Shown: piece by piece, positions 1 through 9,660 of the stretch | How the letters are laid out: every line of letters begins with the position of its first letter | Numbering within the stretch: position 1 is the first letter of the stretch | Assembly (NCBI GenBank): GCA_043800255.1 | Contig: JAZDNF010000009.1 | Coordinates: 128,001-192,000, forward strand | Origin: Candidatus Altiarchaeota archaeon | GTDB lineage: Archaea; Altiarchaeota; Altiarchaeia; IMC4; SCGC-AAA252-I15 | Direction: 5' to 3' | DNA: 64,000 nucleotides | Made by a program: the position numbers and the translations under genes | Notes under the pieces: generated by a model | Told to the model about the DNA's origin: nothing | The model's database searches: none | What the model saw: the letters and a program-made list of their open reading frames with translations, nothing else

Positions 1-3000
1 TTGGCGAACACTCAGAGCATTGACGCATACAGTGTTAATGCGACAATAAGCACATTGGACCCCTACATCTGGATATACGATAATTTCGAGACCTTCTCTG
101 ATATAACTGCAGGATCTACAAGGTATTCGGACTCAGATTATGATTTCTATGTGTCATCATTGGCTCCGGGTAATCATTGGGTTGTTTTTGAAATCAATAT
201 CAGCGACTCCACCGGAAACCATTGGACTAACACTTTTACACTTCAGATAATCGACAATGTCGCACCGGCAATATCGAATGTTATGATAGAGCCGAGACGA
301 CCGACATACGGGGGGCCAATTAATGTCAGTACTACTGTCTATGACGGAAGCGAATTATCAAGTGTTACTTATCATTTCCGTTCATTTATATTTGGGTCAG
401 CTACCAAGAACCTTTATGATGATGGATTACATAATGATGGTTTGGCAAATGATAGTGTTTTCGGAAATTATGAAACATTTTATTTCGGAAATCCTGACCT
501 AAATTTTACATTAAAAATAAATGCAATTGATATTTTCAATAATTCAGTTATATCCTCTATCGATTTTACAACTAAACCCTTTAACATTACCTCAAATGTT
601 CTAATCGTTGACGATGACGATGGTCAATCCTATGAAGGCTACTATACCGATGCCTTGGATGCCATTGGCTATTCCTACGATGTTTGGAATGTAGATTTTC
701 GCGGTTCTCTAAAAAGTGAAGTTATAGACAATTATACTGATGGAATAGTAATCTGGTTCACTGGAAATGATTGGGTAACAACATTGACGACTGATGACCA
801 GAACAATCTCAAAAGATACCTGAACAGAGGGGGAAAATTATTCATATCGGGACAGGATATTGGGTATGACATTGGAACAACAACATTTTTCTCGAAGTAT
901 CTACACGGGAAATATGAGTCCGATGATAGCAATTCCTACAAGATCAATGGAATTTCAGGGGATTCAATTACAAATGGGATGAGTATAGGAATATCGGGTG
1001 GGGATGGTGCTAACAATCAATATTATCCTAGTATCGTATCAGGTATAAATGGAGCAGAAACAATCGTGTATTATGATATCTCTCCAACTGTTCTCCCACT
1101 TGTAATAAATAAGACAAGTAGGGCAAAATTTGCTAGGGAGAACATAAGTATAATATCCTTCGAAGAGTATAGAGATATTTTTGACATAATAGCCGTAAAA
1201 TTGGAGGGCAATAACATTGAGGAAGAGCCAGTGGGAATAGCACAACCTCCTTCTCCACCATTCTGCACAGTAGAGGTCGAATCGTACCCTCTCGCTATAG
1301 GCTATGGTAAAACGGGAACAATTTACTGGAATATATCGTGTTCGACAAGTCATACCAATACCCATTATTGCAAACCTAGTTACGGTTCCACTTGTGATCC
1401 TCCATATACTTACCAATATGCTACATTTAATACCCAAACCGGACCTAGTGGCAAGTATAGTGATACCCTAACATTCGATGAACAGGGAACTTGGTCGTTC
1501 TTCATCCACGTGATTAACGATAGCTTTAATTACTATTCAGATGCTTACACAATTGAGGTAACAGGTTGCGTGCCGTCTGTCATCAGCTATCCTTCGTCTA
1601 CCAATAGTGGAGAAACAAAGACTATTACTTGGAATAATGGTTGCAATTCAACCCATACAAATGTGCACTATTGTACCCCCGGCTTTGATTGTGATAGTAA
1701 TACAAACACCTACGAAGCCGTAACCACTATGCAATCAGGATCTAGTGGGGTATATAGTGCTAATTTAACTCTAAATGAAGTTGGCACTTGGGAGTTTTTT
1801 GTCCACACGACAAGCAATTCCACAGACTATTTCTCGCGAGAGTATTCCTTCAACGTCACTGGAGAGATTAACACATCAGCAGGAATCCGTGCAGACGAGG
1901 GATCGTACAAGGTCGTGTATCTTGCGTTCGGGTTTGAGGCGATAAACAATTCCAATGATAGAACAAATTTACTTAACAAGAGCATTTCTTGGTTACTGAA
2001 CACAACCAGAGAGATTGCTTATGATGATGGAAGTTACGGATCATCACTATGGGCTGATTCGAGTACTGAGCTTTCTGTAAAAATGGACCCATTTAAATAC
2101 CCATTTAATTTAACAGCAATAAGTTATTATTTTTCTGTATCATCTCAACCTGGAACCCTTGAGTTACATATCCGGGATGACAATGGAGCAAACGGGGGTC
2201 CTAGCTCAGATTTGTTAGATCCCATAATCATAAATGCAACTTCAGGATGGAATACAATAAATCTTTCAGAAAATTCTATTCTAATAACTGCTGGTAGTTT
2301 TTACGTTGGCTATAGACCCAATGTGTCTTACGGTGTGGGTATAATGGCGGATACAAGCCCACCTATACATAATAGATCCTTTGCTGGGACTTCTATGTAC
2401 CCAGGTTATAATATTGCAATTAGAGCCAATGGCGTTATAATGGCAGATATTTCACCACCAAATATAACGATAAATTATCCACTTGATAACAACACGTATG
2501 TTACAAGCTCAGTAACAATTAATTATACGGTTGAAGATAGTTCTAACATCTCCAACTGTTCGATATATACAAACCGAACTGGAAATTGGTTAATTGGTAA
2601 TACAAGTTCAACAATCAATGCAACTGGAGAAAATATCTTTGTGCTTGTAAATTTAACGAATGGAACATATACGTGGAGCATCAAGTGTATTGATGATGTC
2701 GAGAATGTTGGCTATGCGCTTCAGAATTACACTTTCACGATAAGTCCATATTCAACTGCACAAATATCATCCTTCGGAAGTTACGGATATACTGATGACA
2801 AATTTGAGTACCCCGGTGATATTGATATCGATGGCTTAGGGAATATATACGTGGCTGGTGGAGGTAAGAACAAAATACAGATTTTCTACTCAAATGGTTC
2901 GTTAAAACAAGCCTTTGGATCCTATGGCAACGAAAGTGGTCAATTCAGCAACCCTAGGGGGATTTCAGTAACTGACGATAGGATATATATTGCAGATACG

Positions 3001-5292
3001 TTTAACCACAGGATTCAGGTTTTCAATCTATCTGGTACTTTTCTGTTTAGTTTTGGAAGTTATGGGGCTGGCGATACACAATTCAACTATCCCTATTCAA
3101 TTGTTGTGTCTGGCAATAGGATATATGTAACAGATACACACCACTGGAAAGTGAAGATTTTCGATCTTTCAGGTAACTTATTAACTAGTTTTCAGGGGGT
3201 AACCTCAGATGCTTACATAACCGCGCCTGAGGGTATAGCTGTGAGTGCGAATAAAATTTTTGTTAGCAGCTCTTACCAAGATAACTATGTACCAGGTCAT
3301 GATATTGACGTTTTTAACTTATCTGGTTCCTACTTATACAGTTTTGGTAATCATGGAAATCAAACTGGACAATTTGATAGGCCAGGAGCATTAGTGATTG
3401 ATAATAATAGCAGATTGTATGTTCTGGATTGCGATAATAATCGAATACAATTATTCAACTTAGATGGCACCCATATATTATCATTCGGACGTTATGGTTC
3501 AAATCCTGAACAATTTAACAGCTTGACTGGCATCGGTGTTGATGATGATGGGGGATTATATGTTACTGATAACAACTATAAAGTCCAGATATTTGACGTA
3601 TTTGCTTGGAGAGATACAACACCCCCATCGACACCTACTCTAAATGATCCTGGAAGCGCGGATGATGATGGCACATACACCCTAGGTTGGTCCGAGGCGA
3701 GCGATGATGTTAGGATTGCAATTTATGAAATTGGTGAGATAGCGAGTAGTACACCCACATTTCTAAGTGATAACTCAGAGGGTTCGAATAATTGGACGGT
3801 TGAAGGATATTGGAATCAAACTTTGTTGACATATCACTCTGGTCAAAAGAGTTATTGGGCATCTGCCAATGGAAATGGGTCATTGTGCTCTTCAACAAGC
3901 ATTCTAGGAGCATGCTATAATAGTAGCACTTCCTCGTATATGACTCAAGAAATTGATTTAAGTTCCTGCACTAATGCCACTCTAAAGTATTGGTACTATT
4001 ACCAGATTGAATATCAGGCAAATTGTGTCTGGGACAGAGCTTACGTCCAAATATCCACAAATAACCTTTCATACACCAATCTTGTTAATCCTTTCTGTGG
4101 CGAGGGGGGAGCACAATCTGACACATCAGGGAGTGCATATGGTTTGGCTGAAACATGGAATGAGGAAACAGGAATAAATATCAGTAATTACTGTGGAAAT
4201 GAAAATGTTTATATACGCTTTGGATTTACATCTGACTCTAGTGTAGAACATTCAGGTTTCTTCGTTGATGACATAGTTGTGGAAAGTGACGACTGGTTGT
4301 TTATTGGAAACACGACAGGGACAAACTACACATTCTATGGTAAACAACCCAATAGTTACTACTACAGAGTGAGGGCTCTAGACACAAGTGAAAATGAGGG
4401 GAACTGGAGTAATGTAGAGAACATAACAGTAACTCAAACAGGGACCACGACAACAGTAACTACAACAATACCTGACAATGACCCCCCAGACATAACTCTG
4501 ATCTCACCATCAGATAACTACAACGATAGAGATGGAAATGTGTTTTTTGTTTACACAGCCAGCGATAGATCCACATTAAATTGTTCCATTTTCACAGACA
4601 TCACTGGACCTTTCACATCAGTTTTGGATGACACAACTATTTTAAATAACAGTAGGAACAGCTTCTTCTTACAGAACATATCCGATGGCGAATACAGCTG
4701 GAGTATCTCATGTACAGATAATCACGGCAACTTGAATTTAAAGCAGCCATACAGAATCCTAAGAGTGTCAAAGATCTCGAATAAGACACACTACACGTCT
4801 CTAAATGTAACTACGAATACGACTGCAAGAGTGAATTCCTCAGAAACAAACACCATCATCGACTTAACCACCTCAGAAGATATTACTGATTCGTTTGTTT
4901 CTATCTCACTATCCTCAAATAATACTGCAAATGCATCCCTCACCCTAATTGGTCTTAATAAATATGTCACAATAGATGCAAGTCCAGAATTAGAGATGTG
5001 TCTATCCTCAGCACTAATCAAGGTTTATTATACTGATAGTGAAGTTCAAAATGCAGGCATAAATGAAACTGATTTAGCAATCTACTGGTTTAACGAAACC
5101 GAATCAGAATGGCAAAGACTAAATAGCAATACAATGGGGTGGGTGTATGGAACAGGCGTAGAAACAGATTTAAATTATGTGTGGGCCAATGTATCGCACT
5201 TCAGCGATTATACAATAGCGGAAGGTGTAGAGACACAATCTATACCACTACTATCAGGTTGGAACCTGATTTCTATTCCGCTGGTTGCTTAG
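1..5292 (+). CDS. Large extracellular/surface multidomain protein, probably 5'-partial: Ig-like repeats, LYDDG.HND motif, GATase-like domain, NHL-repeat beta-propeller, FN3-like and jelly-roll modules
   Basis: ORF open from the window edge. Repeated FGSYG..GQF..P.GI NHL repeats, many N-x-S/T sequons, C-terminal GWNLISIP motif. AT-richer than the core genes. Confidence 0.8.
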   Translation: MANTQSIDAYSVNATISTLDPYIWIYDNFETFSDITAGSTRYSDSDYDFYVSSLAPGNHWVVFEINISDSTGNHWTNTFTLQIIDNVAPAISNVMIEPRRPTYGGPINVSTTVYDGSELSSVTYHFRSFIFGSATKNLYDDGLHNDGLANDSVFGNYETFYFGNPDLNFTLKINAIDIFNNSVISSIDFTTKPFNITSNVLIVDDDDGQSYEGYYTDALDAIGYSYDVWNVDFRGSLKSEVIDNYTDGIVIWFTGNDWVTTLTTDDQNNLKRYLNRGGKLFISGQDIGYDIGTTTFFSKYLHGKYESDDSNSYKINGISGDSITNGMSIGISGGDGANNQYYPSIVSGINGAETIVYYDISPTVLPLVINKTSRAKFARENISIISFEEYRDIFDIIAVKLEGNNIEEEPVGIAQPPSPPFCTVEVESYPLAIGYGKTGTIYWNISCSTSHTNTHYCKPSYGSTCDPPYTYQYATFNTQTGPSGKYSDTLTFDEQGTWSFFIHVINDSFNYYSDAYTIEVTGCVPSVISYPSSTNSGETKTITWNNGCNSTHTNVHYCTPGFDCDSNTNTYEAVTTMQSGSSGVYSANLTLNEVGTWEFFVHTTSNSTDYFSREYSFNVTGEINTSAGIRADEGSYKVVYLAFGFEAINNSNDRTNLLNKSISWLLNTTREIAYDDGSYGSSLWADSSTELSVKMDPFKYPFNLTAISYYFSVSSQPGTLELHIRDDNGANGGPSSDLLDPIIINATSGWNTINLSENSILITAGSFYVGYRPNVSYGVGIMADTSPPIHNRSFAGTSMYPGYNIAIRANGVIMADISPPNITINYPLDNNTYVTSSVTINYTVEDSSNISNCSIYTNRTGNWLIGNTSSTINATGENIFVLVNLTNGTYTWSIKCIDDVENVGYALQNYTFTISPYSTAQISSFGSYGYTDDKFEYPGDIDIDGLGNIYVAGGGKNKIQIFYSNGSLKQAFGSYGNESGQFSNPRGISVTDDRIYIADTFNHRIQVFNLSGTFLFSFGSYGAGDTQFNYPYSIVVSGNRIYVTDTHHWKVKIFDLSGNLLTSFQGVTSDAYITAPEGIAVSANKIFVSSSYQDNYVPGHDIDVFNLSGSYLYSFGNHGNQTGQFDRPGALVIDNNSRLYVLDCDNNRIQLFNLDGTHILSFGRYGSNPEQFNSLTGIGVDDDGGLYVTDNNYKVQIFDVFAWRDTTPPSTPTLNDPGSADDDGTYTLGWSEASDDVRIAIYEIGEIASSTPTFLSDNSEGSNNWTVEGYWNQTLLTYHSGQKSYWASANGNGSLCSSTSILGACYNSSTSSYMTQEIDLSSCTNATLKYWYYYQIEYQANCVWDRAYVQISTNNLSYTNLVNPFCGEGGAQSDTSGSAYGLAETWNEETGINISNYCGNENVYIRFGFTSDSSVEHSGFFVDDIVVESDDWLFIGNTTGTNYTFYGKQPNSYYYRVRALDTSENEGNWSNVENITVTQTGTTTTVTTTIPDNDPPDITLISPSDNYNDRDGNVFFVYTASDRSTLNCSIFTDITGPFTSVLDDTTILNNSRNSFFLQNISDGEYSWSISCTDNHGNLNLKQPYRILRVSKISNKTHYTSLNVTTNTTARVNSSETNTIIDLTTSEDITDSFVSISLSSNNTANASLTLIGLNKYVTIDASPELEMCLSSALIKVYYTDSEVQNAGINETDLAIYWFNETESEWQRLNSNTMGWVYGTGVETDLNYVWANVSHFSDYTIAEGVETQSIPLLSGWNLISIPLVA

Positions 5293-5705
5293 GGGGGTCT
5301 GAGAGTTGTTGATGTTATAGTTTGGGCGAATAGCTTCGCCAGAGACATACGCGGTTTGATCGCTTCTCCTGATAGTTTCAACATGATTTTAACGTACCCC
5401 CTGGTGATGCCTATCCTCTTATTTTGCAGCCCCTGTGGCGTCAATGTCCACCATAGGTGTGCTTCGCCCCGGTCCGTTATTTTGTAGACAAAGCCCTTAC
5501 CCACTCTCTCACGGGCTAGCAGGCCTTGCTCATAGTACCTCTTCAAGGCTGTTGAAGCGGCAGTCAGGCTCATATTCAACCCATTGGCCACATCATGGGA
5601 GAACATATACTTCCTATCTTTGACCAGCCTCAGGATTTCTTCCTTACGGTACGAATATATCATCTTCATAATTGCTGGTTCACACTTATACGGTGAACCA
5701 ACCAT
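5289..5705 (-). CDS. Winged helix-turn-helix DNA-binding protein
   Basis: SHDVANGLNMSLTAASTALKRYYEQGLLARER..GFVYKITDRG is a typical wHTH pattern. The true start may be a later Met. Confidence 0.7.
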   Translation of the reverse strand: MVGSPYKCEPAIMKMIYSYRKEEILRLVKDRKYMFSHDVANGLNMSLTAASTALKRYYEQGLLARERVGKGFVYKITDRGEAHLWWTLTPQGLQNKRIGITRGYVKIMLKLSGEAIKPRMSLAKLFAQTITSTTLRPP

Positions 5706-5748
5706 AATCTATCCTAAACATTTTCATATAAAAGCATGTTGCAGTTTG

Positions 5749-5957
5749 CGGCGGATTTTTCGTGTTAGAACAGTAATCCAGTGCCCTAATCTTTTTTCTT
5801 TAGTCCGCTCCCGGGGGCTTCCATTGGTAAGTTCAAGTCCTGTCCGTTAACATGTGTCAAACACGTGTTTGACAGACAGGCAACAAAGCCCTCTTAATCG
5901 CTATTATATCCCTTTTGATTTATCAAAAGTTCGAGGCGAAGCCGAGAAAATCCGCCG
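5749..5957. repeat. Nested inverted-repeat element with a perfect 20-bp palindromic core
   Basis: CGGCGGATTTT (5749-5759) pairs with AAAATCCGCCG (5947-5957). CCTGTC (5839-5844) pairs with GACAGG (5875-5880). The core TGTCAAACACGTGTTTGACA (5855-5874) is self-complementary. Confidence 0.75.
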
Positions 5958-6063
5958 TAGCCCGTTGCTCGGAATGGTTAGGTTAAGGACAGTACAAAGA
6001 GCGCGAAGACATAATTTCGCATGAGGTAGAACAAATCAATAAACACCCTACTGTTTCGGCATT

Positions 6064-6993
6064 TCATTGTTTTGCCGTAAGATTCAGACAGATGTCTTTC
6101 ATATTATATGCTGCGCTTTTTATTTCATTGCATAGGCTTGCGTTTCTGTTTTCGATTGCGTACCATTGGATACATAAATCCTGCTGAGTCTCGATTTTTT
6201 CCATAACGCATGAGAAATCACATGAAATTTTTCGACATTCTGTCCAGTCCTTGGTCGCTTTAGCCTTGCAGAATCCCCTGGATTTCGGCATGCCGGTAAG
6301 GTCGCATGCTGAGGTATCTCCCGTAGCAATCGCATAGTTTCTTATGCACTCTTCATATCCTATGGCAGTTAGATTAAACGCTTTGAGTGACATGCTACAT
6401 GCGTCAACGTTTCCTAGTTCAGCCCCAACCTTTGCCGCACATTCACCAAGTTTACCCTCACGCGACCATCCGTCCGCATCAACAATGGGTTCAGACATTA
6501 AGTAGCTACAATTATCAATAATTGCCTTCTCAAGCTCCGCGTGCTGTGCTTCTAAGTTGAATATAGAGAGATTAGTTCGTGCAATTATGGCCCCGCTGTC
6601 GTCTTTAATTGTCAGAAGCTCGATTATGTATTTGCCTGGCATGAGATTATGGTAATACTTGTTTTGTTCTACCCAACCAGGTGCCTTTGCAACGAATGTT
6701 TCATACACTGGCATTATCTCATTTCCGCCTTCATCAATGACTCTAAACCCATACGTTGTTCCTTTAGGAAGTCCTCTTTGCTGGAGAAAAAACCATTCGT
6801 TTGTTCCAAGGGATGTTACTACGTTTTTATCATTGTCTAGAACAACCACTTCGGCATCAGGAGAAATATTTTCAGAAATGCTCAAATTTAATCCGGGAGG
6901 GGTGGTGTGGGGAATAAGACCATTGAGAAAAAATATTAATAAAAGTATGAGAACAGCGAAAACGATGAATAAAAACAAATATTTTAGTCGCAT
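6064..6993 (-). CDS. Membrane-anchored Cys-rich extracellular protein
   Basis: N-terminal hydrophobic anchor. C-terminal repeats of the form C..(A/I)....D...C..I. Confidence 0.7.
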   Translation of the reverse strand: MRLKYLFLFIVFAVLILLLIFFLNGLIPHTTPPGLNLSISENISPDAEVVVLDNDKNVVTSLGTNEWFFLQQRGLPKGTTYGFRVIDEGGNEIMPVYETFVAKAPGWVEQNKYYHNLMPGKYIIELLTIKDDSGAIIARTNLSIFNLEAQHAELEKAIIDNCSYLMSEPIVDADGWSREGKLGECAAKVGAELGNVDACSMSLKAFNLTAIGYEECIRNYAIATGDTSACDLTGMPKSRGFCKAKATKDWTECRKISCDFSCVMEKIETQQDLCIQWYAIENRNASLCNEIKSAAYNMKDICLNLTAKQ

Positions 6994-7074
6994 ATATCAA
7001 GAATATACGTAACAATTTAAGAATATTGCTATTGTGGGTGGCCTCCGGGGGGGCTTTATACTTCTTATTAAACA

Positions 7075-8127
7075 ATGCTTACTATGAAAAATCGTGCTCT
7101 TTTCATGATTTTTATCTTGATTCTTATCGGAGTATCTTTTTACTACTATGAATTTGTTTATATTCCCAGTTCCGTAAAACTTTCTCCCCCCAGGGATTTG
7201 CCCTTTTTCAGTGTTTCATATGTCTACCAGATTCAACCTACTTCACCCATCACCTTTGCCTTTGGATCAGAGGCGGTATCGTCCATGGAATTAAGTCAGA
7301 AAATCGAGGGTGATTTGCACAATATAAAACAGATGGGGTTTGAGGGGGTTAAGTTATCGTTCCATTTTAGGGAGAACAATTATCTTCCAGAGAGGATTGC
7401 CCTGAAGGCTGCTAAAGAAGACTTGTATCCGATAGGTATTCTCATGGGCCATGACACCAAGCCCAGAGATAGGGCGTTTACTGAGGATGAACTGAGGGAA
7501 TGGGAATCCTTTGTAAGAACGGAGGTGAGGGCGAACAAGGGCATAATCTATTTTTGGGAGGTCTGGAATGAGCCAGACATTGATTTGTTCAGATATGGAA
7601 CGCCTGAAGAATTTCTAACGCTCCTTGAGAGGACGTACAAAATAATCAAAGAAGAGAACCCTCAAGCTAGGGTCATAGTAACCCTTGATGCTTTTGACAG
7701 GCGGCCGCGTGAATTTTCCGAGGGTTTATTGTCGTTGGGTGGTGGGGATTATTTTGATATTCTTAGCTTTCATCCCTATGGAGCGAATCCATACATACGG
7801 GAGGATGTTTTTAATGAGTCGATAGTCGAGGAGAAAGAGATGCTGGCAAGGTATAACAATCGGTGGCCGCTTTGGATAACTGAGATAGGCCAGCCAACAA
7901 GCGAAGTCTCTGAGGGAACACAGGCAGATTTGGCGGAATTAGTTTTCAAAACCGCTCACAAAGAGAGAATACCAATAATCTGGCTTCACTATTCTGATCA
8001 GAGACTATATCAGATTGGAGAAAGTTCTGGTTGGGGGTTGTTAGACATAAACGGTAATCCTAAACCAGTTTTTGAAAGAATAAAAGGAATTTTACAAGAG
8101 GCAGGTAAAGGAACAGTGAATTCTTGA
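7075..8127 (+). CDS. Membrane-anchored clan GH-A glycoside hydrolase (GH5/GH39-like)
   Basis: WEVWNEP acid/base motif, SFHPY, and LWITEIG nucleophile motif. N-terminal TM helix. Confidence 0.8.
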   Translation: MLTMKNRALFMIFILILIGVSFYYYEFVYIPSSVKLSPPRDLPFFSVSYVYQIQPTSPITFAFGSEAVSSMELSQKIEGDLHNIKQMGFEGVKLSFHFRENNYLPERIALKAAKEDLYPIGILMGHDTKPRDRAFTEDELREWESFVRTEVRANKGIIYFWEVWNEPDIDLFRYGTPEEFLTLLERTYKIIKEENPQARVIVTLDAFDRRPREFSEGLLSLGGGDYFDILSFHPYGANPYIREDVFNESIVEEKEMLARYNNRWPLWITEIGQPTSEVSEGTQADLAELVFKTAHKERIPIIWLHYSDQRLYQIGESSGWGLLDINGNPKPVFERIKGILQEAGKGTVNS

Positions 8128-8403
8128 ATCTTGTCAGGAACTTATTTTTTTGGACGTTATCTGCTTTTTCCCCCGAATATAATTGTGAATTTTTCTTTTT
8201 CTTGCCCTTTTCCTTTCTTCGGCTTCAAAATATAAAAACCGCATACTCTTCCGCAACCCAACAATCTAACATTCCCCAACAGCTCCATTATCCCACTGGC
8301 TGCGGCTCAGACGGCGAAATCCACTATCACACAGGAAACCAAACCCGCACGGACAACCAAAAAATCAGCGAAAACAAAATAGAAAAACCATGGTTTATTG
8401 TAT

Positions 8404-8462
8404 GTTATTTAAAATGGGATTCAATGTTCTATTATGGACTCTGCTCACATTCAAATCGCTGA
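8404..8462 (+). repeat. 59-bp perfect direct repeat, left copy
   Basis: Identical to 9602-9660 (GTTATTTAAAATGGG...AAATCGCTGA). Confidence 0.95.
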
Positions 8463-8559
8463 GGTGGAGGGTATCTCAGACCTACTGCAAAAGCTTTTCT
8501 GGAAGCAGCCTGCGATGGCTGGGAAGGCTGTGGAGTTTTTGGAGTATGTGAGGCAGTGG
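8434..8559 (+). pseudogene. Truncated, diverged 5' copy (42 codons) of the wHTH gene at 9632
   Basis: MDSAHIQIAEVEGISDLLQKLFWKQPAMAGKAVEFLEYVRQW versus MDSAHIQIAEVEGVADLLQRLFWKQPQMAGKAVEFLDYIRQW. Similarity stops after RQW. Confidence 0.85.
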
Positions 8560-8645
8560 TGCCATATTATGAAACGGATGGTAGGCGGTTTGGGATTCGC
8601 TTATATTTATACTAGTTCATATCTGTTATACGTAGGTTGTCGGTC

Positions 8646-8924
8646 ATGCAAACTCACATTGACTCTCCACAGCAGCTTCGGGATTTCATAGATCACCGGA
8701 TGGATGAGGCTGTTAGGGATGCTCGAAGGACTGCTGAGAGGGTTGCTAGGACTGAGGCGAAGCTTGCTGAATTCGAACTTCTGTATTCTGCTGTTGTCGA
8801 TGGAGGGGAGAGTAGGAAGAATCTCGAACTGCTGAGAAGGGACAGGGAAACCCGGTGGAAGAAGGCTTTGAAAAAGGCTGGCGGCAATGAGGATGAGGCC
8901 TTGCTCATCTACGACGAGTTTTAG
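8646..8924 (+). CDS. Small helical hypothetical protein (possible antitoxin)
   Basis: ATG at 8646 preceded by AGGT. Charged helical sequence. Convergent with the PIN gene and overlapping it by 20 bp. Confidence 0.55.
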   Translation: MQTHIDSPQQLRDFIDHRMDEAVRDARRTAERVARTEAKLAEFELLYSAVVDGGESRKNLELLRRDRETRWKKALKKAGGNEDEALLIYDEF

Positions 8925-9456
8925 ACCTTCTGCCGTATGTTTGCCTGAAGAAGTCTTTGATTTTTTTGTCCATAGTGGGGAATTCGCCGACTCCCATGCC
9001 CATGAGTTTGCAGGCTTGTTTGAAGTGGTTGTTGGTTGAGTAGACGAGGTTGATGCGTTCCTTTTTGAAGTCGGCGATGATGTAACAGTCTGGGGGGTGC
9101 ATTTCTATGTTGTTTTTCTTGCACAGGTTGAAGAGTTCTCTGACCGTTTCTCTGTTAGTGGAATCCCTTTCTATGACCTGGATTTTGTTGTTTTTTAGGA
9201 ATTCGGTCAGCTCTTGGGTAGCTTCCTTTAGGCTGCGTCCTTTCTTTTGTAGGATGTGGGTGGCTTCTTTGTCGGGTTCTAGGGATATGCGATGTACGAA
9301 AGCGGTGTCTCCGAGTATTTGGTCACCTTCGTTGGAGAAGAATCGTGGATTCTCTATGAGGTCGACTAGGATGTTAGTGTCCAATCCTATTCTGCGTTCT
9401 CCTTGGAATCTGGCTGTTCTCTTCAGCCGGTAGATTTGTTCCCTCTTTTCGCCCAT
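8905..9456 (-). CDS. PIN-domain (VapC-like) ribonuclease
   Basis: IGLDTNILVD N-terminal motif, HPPDCYIIA, and VYSTNNHF. Likely start is MGEKRE at 9456; the ORF is open to 9573. Confidence 0.75.
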   Translation of the reverse strand: MGEKREQIYRLKRTARFQGERRIGLDTNILVDLIENPRFFSNEGDQILGDTAFVHRISLEPDKEATHILQKKGRSLKEATQELTEFLKNNKIQVIERDSTNRETVRELFNLCKKNNIEMHPPDCYIIADFKKERINLVYSTNNHFKQACKLMGMGVGEFPTMDKKIKDFFRQTYGRRSKTRRR

Positions 9457-9601
9457 TGCAGAAGATATTGAGAGGGGAGAGGTATAAGAGCGGTATCTGG
9501 TTAGGTAGTAGCTTCCATAGCCCACCCCATTAACCAACCACCATGCTCTCAGCTTCCCCACCATTTCTGTCAATTGGGGCAGGACGCCGAAGAAATTTCA
9601 C

Positions 9602-9660
9602 GTTATTTAAAATGGGATTCAATGTTCTATTATGGACTCTGCTCACATTCAAATCGCTGA
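9602..9660 (+). repeat. 59-bp perfect direct repeat, right copy
   Basis: Identical to 8404-8462. Contains the TTATTTAAA promoter-like box and the start of the 9632 gene. Confidence 0.95.

Noticed and set aside
8124-8462. 112-aa ORF after the glycoside hydrolase
   Set aside because: TTG start and low-complexity T-rich then C/A-rich sequence, with no protein-like features.
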